NCBI GenBank assembly: GCA_039908535.1
Contig: JAMOAW010000004.1
Coordinates: 2,909-66,908, forward strand
Length of the DNA: 64,000 nt
Direction of reading: 5' to 3'
DNA from: Magnetococcus sp. DMHC-6
Lineage (GTDB): Bacteria > Pseudomonadota > Magnetococcia > Magnetococcales > JADFZT01
In this document: positions 57,101-64,000 of the stretch, piece after piece
Layout of the letters: each line of letters opens with the position of its first letter
How positions within the stretch are numbered: position 1 is the stretch's first letter
Made by a program: the position numbers and the translations under genes
The notes under the pieces: generated by a model
Databases searched by the model: none
Seen by the model: the letters and a program-made list of their open reading frames with translations, nothing else
What the model was told of the DNA's origin: nothing

Positions 57101-58015
57101 CTATTGGCCAAGCTGCTGAGCCACTTCCTGTGCAAAATCCTTGACCTCTTTTTCAATACCATCCCCAAGAACAAAACGTGAAAATCCAGTCACTTGAACT
57201 TTCGCGCCCAGACCCTTGGCAGCAGCATCAATCGCTTGGGTCACCGTCATATCAGGATCCATGACAAAAGGCTGCTCCAAAAAGCAACTTTCCCCATAAA
57301 ATTTACTTATTCTACCCTGCACCATCTTTTCGATGATCGCCTCTGGCTTGCCACTGTCACGCGCCTGATCCATCAAAATGGCCCGCTCCCGTTCCACAAC
57401 CTCTGCTGGAACCGAATGCCGATCTAAAAAAGGAGGCGCAGAGGCCGCAATATGCATGGCCAATTTTTTCCCCAACTCGTTTAATCCCTCCGCAGAGGTA
57501 GAGTCCGACTCCAAGGCCACCAAAACCCCAATTTTGCCACCCATGTGAATATAATTGGCCACCAAACCAGAGGTCACCTGTTGACTTTCAAATCGACGAA
57601 TATTCATATTTTCCCCAATGGTGGAGATCATATACGTCAATTCTGCCCCAACATTGCGCCCTGTATCAGGATAATCCAACTCTAACAGAGCTTCCATGGT
57701 GGCGGGAGCTTGGGTTAATACGATCTGCGACAGCGTATCTGCAAAGGAGATAAAATGACCATTTTTGGCGGCAAAATCGGTTTCAGTATTGACCTCTAAT
57801 AAAACTCCCCGATTTGAGCCAGAAAGTGCCACCACTTTCCCTTCAGCAGCAACCCGACCTGCCTTTTTAACCGCAGCAGAGAGACCCTTTTTGCGCAACC
57901 AATCTATGGCTGCTTCCAAATCACCGTCCGTCTCGGTCAAGGCCTTTTTACAATCCATCATCCCAGCTCCGGTTTTTTCTCGAAGCAATTTGACCGTTGA
58001 TGCGCTTACCGACAT
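57101..58015 (-). CDS. tsf: elongation factor Ts
   Basis: Motifs VKLLREKTGAGMMDCKKAL, AAKKAGRVAAEG. Confidence 0.9.
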   Translation of the reverse strand: MSVSASTVKLLREKTGAGMMDCKKALTETDGDLEAAIDWLRKKGLSAAVKKAGRVAAEGKVVALSGSNRGVLLEVNTETDFAAKNGHFISFADTLSQIVLTQAPATMEALLELDYPDTGRNVGAELTYMISTIGENMNIRRFESQQVTSGLVANYIHMGGKIGVLVALESDSTSAEGLNELGKKLAMHIAASAPPFLDRHSVPAEVVERERAILMDQARDSGKPEAIIEKMVQGRISKFYGESCFLEQPFVMDPDMTVTQAIDAAAKGLGAKVQVTGFSRFVLGDGIEKEVKDFAQEVAQQLGQ

Positions 58016-58115
58016 ATCTTTCCTTTCTTACATAAATATGATAAACGCCCATCCCCTTCAAAAAAAACGCAATATACGATTCAAGAAGGGGAGGACCAGT
58101 TAAAATTTGGGTGGT

Positions 58116-58886
58116 TTACTCTTTGACAGCGACCATCTCTTCTACCAGACCTTCATCTAATGCACCTGAAAAATCAGATGATTTATCCCCACGAATCTCT
58201 TTGTGCAACTGTTTCCCTTCCAAAATGGCATCCCCCATTTTGGTTAAAAAAAGCTTCAAAGAACGAATGGCATCGTCATTGCCAGGGATAATCCAGTCAA
58301 TAGGATCAGGGTCACAGTTGGTATCTACTAAAGCCACAACTGGAATACCCAATTTACGGGCCTCTTGAACGGCGATGGACTCCTTGTTGGTATCCACCAC
58401 CACGATTAAATCTGGTGGATTGTTCATTTCTTTAATACCACCCAACGCCCGCTCAATTTTTTCCCGCTCCCGCTCATTGCGCAGCACCTCTTTTTTGGTC
58501 AGAGCGGCATACGTACCATCTTCTTTCATTCTTTCGAACTCTTTGAGCTTGCGAATAGAACCTTGGATCGTCCGCCAGTTGGTTAACGTTCCCCCAAGCC
58601 AGCGATGATTGACATAAAATTGTCCACTGCGCTGCGCCTCTTCGGCAATCAAATCCACCACTTGGCGTTTGGTCCCGACAAACAAAACCCGACCATTGTT
58701 CTTGACGGTCTCACGAACAAAATTGAACGCATCGCGCAATAAAACAACCGTTTTTTGTAGGTTGATGATATGAACCCCATTACGCGATGTAAAGATAAAA
58801 TGCTTCATCTTGGGGTTCCAGCGTTTGGTCTGGTGGCCAAAATGAAAACCAGCCTCCATAAGTTCTTGAATCGAAAATTTTGCCAT
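58116..58886 (-). CDS. rpsB: 30S ribosomal protein S2
   Basis: The ATG at 58886 ([25 protein letters not shown]) is preceded by GGAGG. The track start at 58958 adds 24 unlikely codons. Confidence 0.9.
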   Translation of the reverse strand: MAKFSIQELMEAGFHFGHQTKRWNPKMKHFIFTSRNGVHIINLQKTVVLLRDAFNFVRETVKNNGRVLFVGTKRQVVDLIAEEAQRSGQFYVNHRWLGGTLTNWRTIQGSIRKLKEFERMKEDGTYAALTKKEVLRNEREREKIERALGGIKEMNNPPDLIVVVDTNKESIAVQEARKLGIPVVALVDTNCDPDPIDWIIPGNDDAIRSLKLFLTKMGDAILEGKQLHKEIRGDKSSDFSGALDEGLVEEMVAVKE

Positions 58887-59101
58887 TGTTCCTCCAAATT
58901 GTTGACTACGGTTTATGCCACCGTCGAGCCCTTTTTTGCTTTTGTGGTTTAAACCCATTCCTGGGCACCGTCACCACCGGTTCGACGTGAGATATGGTTG
59001 ATTTTTTAAAATGGTATGTAGTTACTAACATTAAGAGTCAAAAGTTGCAAGTTTCTCCTTCATTAAAGAGAGAAATAAATGGATTGGCCGCACAGACAAA
59101 A

Positions 59102-59716
59102 TCAACCAAAAACGGTTGGATCCCCGGCCCCCACCCGCAAGACTTGCGGTGTATCCCCCGTTAAATCAACGATTGTCGATGGTTTGGTCGGTAAAATTCC
59201 CCCATCAATGATCAAATCGACTCTGTTTTCTAATTGTTCGCGGATCAAAGAAGGATCGGCCAAAATATCCTGCCCAGGAAGACGAACCGAGGTGGAAAGA
59301 ATCGGTTCACCAAATTCCTTGAGAAGTCCCAAACAGATGGGATGATCGGGAATACGCAACCCAATGGTTTGCCGTTTGGGAAGAATGGTTTTGGGAACCT
59401 CACGTGTTGCATGCAGAACAAAGGTGTATGGTCCAGGTAAATAACGTTTTAAAAGTCGATAGGTCTGATTATCAACCCGCGCATAGCGGGAGATCAGGGA
59501 AAGGTCGGCACATAAAATTGACAATTGATGCGAAGCTGGCAGTTGCTTAATCTGCATAATACGCTCCACCCCATGACGATTGCCTATGCCGCACCCTAAA
59601 CCATAATTGGTATCGGTGGGATAAACCACGATTCCCCCCTCTTGCAATAGTGCTGCAGACTGTTCCAACAGGCGTTTTTGTGGATTAACTGGATGAATCG
59701 TCAAATATTGGCCCAT
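59102..59716 (-). CDS. YrdC/TsaC-family L-threonylcarbamoyladenylate synthase-like protein
   Basis: Motifs VYPTDTNYGLGC and PSTIVDLTG. The ATG at 59716 is preceded by GGAGGAGG. Confidence 0.75.
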   Translation of the reverse strand: MGQYLTIHPVNPQKRLLEQSAALLQEGGIVVYPTDTNYGLGCGIGNRHGVERIMQIKQLPASHQLSILCADLSLISRYARVDNQTYRLLKRYLPGPYTFVLHATREVPKTILPKRQTIGLRIPDHPICLGLLKEFGEPILSTSVRLPGQDILADPSLIREQLENRVDLIIDGGILPTKPSTIVDLTGDTPQVLRVGAGDPTVFG

Positions 59717-60036
59717 ATCCCTCCTCCAAAGACAAAAAAGTGAGTTCCGGCCCACCAAATTGGACCCGGTAGAGCCATTATCCATTATTTTTATCCATCT
59801 TCCAAATAATTAATTTTTTTATACATCTAAAAGATAGATAAGCCAAACCATCTCATGGGCATCCTAAATAAAATTCTTTTGCAAAATCAAATCCAATTTT
59901 GTCCAAAACTTATAATAAAATACAAAATAAAATAATAATAATAATAATTTTTATTTTGATTTTAAACCATATTCGCGCTATTCTCAGCAAAATTTTTTCT
60001 CAACACATTATATCTACTATATGAAAGGGTTTTGAC

Positions 60037-62298
60037 TTGTCTATCCATACTTTCTTCAGCGACATAAAAGTCGGATCAAAAATAGGCCTCGCTTTTGGTT
60101 TGGTTTGTCTGTTTTTATTGGGAGTAGTGACACTCTATCAAACAACCCTTTGGAATACACAGCACCATTATCAACAATTATTTAATGAATCCATATCAAT
60201 CAAAATTCATGCCATGACCATCGATAATCTCATGTTGCAAGCACGTCGATCTGAAAAAGATTTCCTGCTGCGTCTGGATGCCAAATATATCGACATCGTC
60301 GCCGAGCAAGTAGAAAAAATAAAAGCTGAAGCCCTTTTGATGGGCAATATTGCCAAAAAAATGGACTCCCACATCAGCAATGAGTTGACTCTTGATGCGC
60401 AAAAAATACAGGAGTCTATTACCATCTATGGCACCTCGTTTCAAACATTATCTGAAAGTTGGAAAAGCAAAGGTTTGGATCAAAATACCGGTTTACAGGG
60501 CGAATTCAGATGGGCCGCCCACGAATTGGAAGAGAGTCTCCTCGACTTCGACACCTCCCAACTCATTATCACCTCTTTACAGCTACGACGCGCTGAAAAA
60601 GATTACCGACTGCGGGGAGATGCAAAATATATCGAATTACATAAAAGTTTCATCGCCAGTTTTAAAAAAGAAATGCATCTCAGCACTTTAAAAGATGAAC
60701 TTCAAACCCAATTAACCCAGGCCTTATTGCCCTATGAACAAACATTTAACCAAGCCGTAACAGAAAAAGAGCAAAACCATGAAATCAGCAGTGCCACCGC
60801 CGCACTCCTGAGCGCAACCGCGCATACATTAGAAAATATTCTTAAAAATCATTATGTTCCTAATATCTGGAGAGATTACCTCGAAATCCGCAAACATGAA
60901 AAAGATTATCTAATGCGTAATAACGCAAAATATGTTAAAAAATTGTACAAAACCATAGATTACCTTATGAACAATATCGATATCTCCTCCATCCCAGAGG
61001 AGGTCAAAAATACCCTTAAAAAAGATTTAATCCTTTACAAAACGGCTTTCGAAAAATTATTGGCCGAAGATGCCAAAATAACCCTTTTAACGGCAGGTAT
61101 GCGGGAGGCGGTCCATCAAATTGAACCCATTTTAGAAAAAGTTATTCAAAAAACCGATCAACTGACCACCGAACAAATCACCCGCACCTCGGTCACTCTC
61201 CATCGAGATTCACTCACCGCCATGGGGATCACCGGAGGAATTTTGCTCCTTTCTGTTTTCTTAGGAGTCGTTGTATCGCGAAATATCACCACTCCCATGA
61301 CCCAATGTCGAAATATATTCACTAAGTTGTCCGATGGAGACTTAAGCATCCAATGCGCCTTAAACAGAAAAGATGAAATTGGTCAACTCTTTGCGGGAAC
61401 GGCTAAAATGACCGCTATTCTGCGTTCTCTCCTGTTTCAGGTTCGCGAAACCTCCACCTCAGTCACTGCAGCCAGCACAGAGTTGTTCTCCTCTTCACAA
61501 ATTATTTTGGAATCCGCCACCCAACAAGCCGCCTCGGTTGAAGAGACCTCCACCGCCATGGAGGAGATTACGACCAATATTATACAAAGCACAGACAATG
61601 CCCTGCAAACCAAAAAAATCGCCTCCCAGGCCGCAGCCGATGCCAATGAAGGTGGTATCGCCGTCGCCGAGGCTGTAAAAGCCATGAAAGAGATCGCCAC
61701 TAAAATTTCTATCATTGAAGAAATCGCCCGCCAAACGAATCTCTTGGCTCTCAACGCCGCCATTGAAGCGGCTCGCGCTGGCGATCATGGCAAAGGATTC
61801 GCGGTGGTGGCCGCCGAAGTGCGCAAACTGGCAGAAAGAAGCCAAACTGCCGCCGGTGAAATCGGTGCCCTCTCCTCCTCCAGTGTTCAAGTGGCAGAAC
61901 GGGCTGGATCCATTATCTCTAAGCTTGTCCCGGATATTAAAAAAACATCCGAATTAATCCAAGAGATCGCTGCCGCCAACCAAGAACAAAATCAAAAAAC
62001 CGCTCAGATCAACCAAGCTCTGGCCAAACTTGATAAAATTATTCAAGAAAACGCAAATGCTTGTGAATCCATGGTCTCCACCAGTGCGGATCTCACCACC
62101 CAATCCAATGAACTCCATTCTATGGTACAAAAATTCAAACTTGGTGATGAGGGGCAACACCTGATTCAACACACCTCTGCAACGACAACAACCATCCCCC
62201 GCTCCCAAAAAAAATCATCCCCCCCTATCGCCTTGTTACAAGATCGCACGACTAACAACAGAAATAAGGATCAAGATAATGATTTCGAAAGATTTTAG
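60037..62298 (+). CDS. methyl-accepting chemotaxis protein with a large (~370 aa) helical periplasmic sensor
   Basis: TM, long helical ectodomain, TM, HAMP, then the invariant hairpin [41 protein letters not shown]. The tail ends in NDFERF. The start codon is a TTG in the track. Confidence 0.85.
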   Translation: MSIHTFFSDIKVGSKIGLAFGLVCLFLLGVVTLYQTTLWNTQHHYQQLFNESISIKIHAMTIDNLMLQARRSEKDFLLRLDAKYIDIVAEQVEKIKAEALLMGNIAKKMDSHISNELTLDAQKIQESITIYGTSFQTLSESWKSKGLDQNTGLQGEFRWAAHELEESLLDFDTSQLIITSLQLRRAEKDYRLRGDAKYIELHKSFIASFKKEMHLSTLKDELQTQLTQALLPYEQTFNQAVTEKEQNHEISSATAALLSATAHTLENILKNHYVPNIWRDYLEIRKHEKDYLMRNNAKYVKKLYKTIDYLMNNIDISSIPEEVKNTLKKDLILYKTAFEKLLAEDAKITLLTAGMREAVHQIEPILEKVIQKTDQLTTEQITRTSVTLHRDSLTAMGITGGILLLSVFLGVVVSRNITTPMTQCRNIFTKLSDGDLSIQCALNRKDEIGQLFAGTAKMTAILRSLLFQVRETSTSVTAASTELFSSSQIILESATQQAASVEETSTAMEEITTNIIQSTDNALQTKKIASQAAADANEGGIAVAEAVKAMKEIATKISIIEEIARQTNLLALNAAIEAARAGDHGKGFAVVAAEVRKLAERSQTAAGEIGALSSSSVQVAERAGSIISKLVPDIKKTSELIQEIAAANQEQNQKTAQINQALAKLDKIIQENANACESMVSTSADLTTQSNELHSMVQKFKLGDEGQHLIQHTSATTTTIPRSQKKSSPPIALLQDRTTNNRNKDQDNDFERF

Positions 62299-62470
62299 CT
62301 GATTTTTTCTCTGCCAAAGTTCATATCCTTGCCCCTCATTCCCATCTCAATTGGCGGTCCTTACAGGCCGCCAATGAGAAAATTCGTTCATTTTGTAAAA
62401 TCATTTCATTTTTCGCTCTTTTTTCTGATGAATCTATAGAGTATACTCTTTTATTTTATGTATAAAACAA

Positions 62471-63613
62471 ATGGAGCCGATCTTGAAAAAAACATTTACT
62501 ACTTTAATAGATCAGATCATTCGATACAAATTGAGTAAAAATAATATATTTCAATGGATTGGAATAGCCATTTTTATTTTATTTACGTCCATTTTTTATA
62601 TTTCTTCCCCTCTAGGCGCGGCTCCATTGGATGAATTTCTCGTTGCAGACCCTGGATATCCCCCTGGTCGGGGCGAAGTAGAGGTGGTATGGGATATGAT
62701 GAACGACTATGTCGATCTGTTTAACGTGAAAAAAGCAGACCCACGTGGCGATCATATCGGTAACTTTTCTGGTGGGCATGTTCGGGCTGGGATCTCTCTT
62801 AGCGAACGCATCTGGATAGATGGGGCACTTTGGAAAAATGGTATCACAACCCCCTATGCGGATGAAGAAAACCTAACCATTCAGGGAGGCATTCAACTGC
62901 GATTGACGCAAAATATCGATTGGCTACCGGCCATGGCCATTCGGGTGAGCGGTTGGAAGGATACCGGAGATGATGTCTACAAAGGATCCCCTACCAGCTT
63001 GCAATTAAATGGCTACACCGTCACAGCCGATACCGTTCAAATAACAAATCCTTCTGACCAGCAGGCCCAATTGGATTTAATCATGACATGGAAAATTGGG
63101 GATAATATTGGATTTTCCATATTTGGCGGGGCTGGACGCAGTAAAGTTGATTTTTCAGATCTGAATAGTGCGTCCATTACGGTAAACTGGCCGGATGGTT
63201 CTTATATACAATTGCCTGATTTTTCTCTCACCTCAACCTCTTTTTTGTCTGATGAAAAAAAATCGTTATTAAAATCCACGATTGCTTATGATGCCTCCTA
63301 TAAGCAAATGGGCACCATGATCCAATGGACCGGTGAAAAATGGCGCACGCGTTGGGGATATCGTTTTATGAGTCTGGATCGGGATGTGGATGAGATCATC
63401 GCCATGATCGGAAAAAATATTTACGACACCAACCATACCTTATCCGCTGAGGTGGGGTATCGATTTACCGATTCCTTAGGCATCTTTGTTCGTGGTAAGG
63501 TGATGAAAAACCAATTTGTTGGTGAAGTTCCGATGTCCTATAATGCCTTTAGCTCCCACAAGTTTGAAGATCCCTATGGCATCGTCTCCATTGGTCTTTC
63601 TGGGGGATTTTAA
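62471..63613 (+). CDS. putative outer-membrane beta-barrel protein
   Basis: N-terminal hydrophobic segment ending in LGAAP, alternating-polarity beta-strand pattern, and a C-terminal aromatic signature (SIGLSGGF). Confidence 0.4.
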   Translation: MEPILKKTFTTLIDQIIRYKLSKNNIFQWIGIAIFILFTSIFYISSPLGAAPLDEFLVADPGYPPGRGEVEVVWDMMNDYVDLFNVKKADPRGDHIGNFSGGHVRAGISLSERIWIDGALWKNGITTPYADEENLTIQGGIQLRLTQNIDWLPAMAIRVSGWKDTGDDVYKGSPTSLQLNGYTVTADTVQITNPSDQQAQLDLIMTWKIGDNIGFSIFGGAGRSKVDFSDLNSASITVNWPDGSYIQLPDFSLTSTSFLSDEKKSLLKSTIAYDASYKQMGTMIQWTGEKWRTRWGYRFMSLDRDVDEIIAMIGKNIYDTNHTLSAEVGYRFTDSLGIFVRGKVMKNQFVGEVPMSYNAFSSHKFEDPYGIVSIGLSGGF

Positions 63614-63643
63614 ACTTTCCCACTACAGATGGGAGCGACACAC

Positions 63644-64000
63644 ATGAATTCTATCCTCAAATTTGTTCACTATATAGACTATGTTAACGCGCGGATTGGA
63701 CGTTTGGTCTCTTGGTTGACCTTATCCATGGTCCTCGTGACCTTTGGTGTGGCCATGCTGCGTTATCTTTTTAATCTGGGCTGGATCTCCATGCAGGAAT
63801 CGGTCATCTATATGCATGCGTGTGTTTTTATGTTCGGGGCCTCCCTTACCCTGCAAGCCGATGAACATGTCCGAGTGGATATTTTCTATCGTCCCCTTTC
63901 AGAACGGGGTAAGGCCTGGGTCAATTTATTGGGGGGAATTTTTCTGCTGCTCCCATTTATGGTATTTATATTTTGGATGAGTTGGGAGTATGTCGCTGCG
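63644..64000 (+). CDS. TRAP transporter small permease (DctQ-like), N-terminal 119 codons; runs off the right edge
   Basis: Manual translation from the ATG at 63644: MNSILKFVHYIDYVNARIGRLVSWLTLSMVLVTFGVAMLRYLFNLGWISMQESVIYMHACVFMFGASLTLQADEHVRVDIFY, the typical DctQ N-terminal pattern. Absent from the ORF track because no stop is present. Confidence 0.65.
   Translation, partial: MNSILKFVHYIDYVNARIGRLVSWLTLSMVLVTFGVAMLRYLFNLGWISMQESVIYMHACVFMFGASLTLQADEHVRVDIFYRPLSERGKAWVNLLGGIFLLLPFMVFIFWMSWEYVAA

Overview
A 64-kb chromosomal window from a Gram-negative, Proteobacteria-type genome. It is moderately AT-rich, with very AT-rich intergenic tracts. Housekeeping backbone: an acs fragment, rtcB-cca, the rfbACDB dTDP-rhamnose operon, hpnCDE squalene synthesis, bamD, and the classic envelope/translation block rpsB-tsf-pyrH-frr-uppS-cdsA-dxr-rseP-bamA-skp-fabZ-lpxA-lpxI-lpxB. 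lpxD is absent from that block. Sensory load is high: two MCPs, two histidine kinases, a cytidylate-kinase-like/REC fusion, a PilZ protein and two sigma-54 activators flanking a 976-aa TPR protein. Accessory content: (1) a compact dsrA-dsrB-dsrL operon with no other dsr genes in the window; (2) an orphan siphovirus-type tail tube gene plus a G/GT tail-chaperone pair with a canonical -1 slippery site; (3) a translationally coupled pair encoding a wHTH-like protein and a 961-aa double P-loop ATPase (AAA-like N-domain plus an anchor-less, gamma-less FtsK/HerA-type motor), next to arsR-acr3; (4) a G5/C5-hairpin MITE/REP-like repeat family at 10 or more sites, two inverted copies of which bracket arsR, plus a composite VNTR between uppS and cdsA. 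Three adjacent essential genes (uppS, cdsA, dxr) appear to carry internal deletions or a frameshift relative to canonical orthologues. All functional calls come from motifs read by eye, with no searches run. The FtsK-like pair, the dsrABL unit and the tail module are the best candidates for something new, but none is proven.
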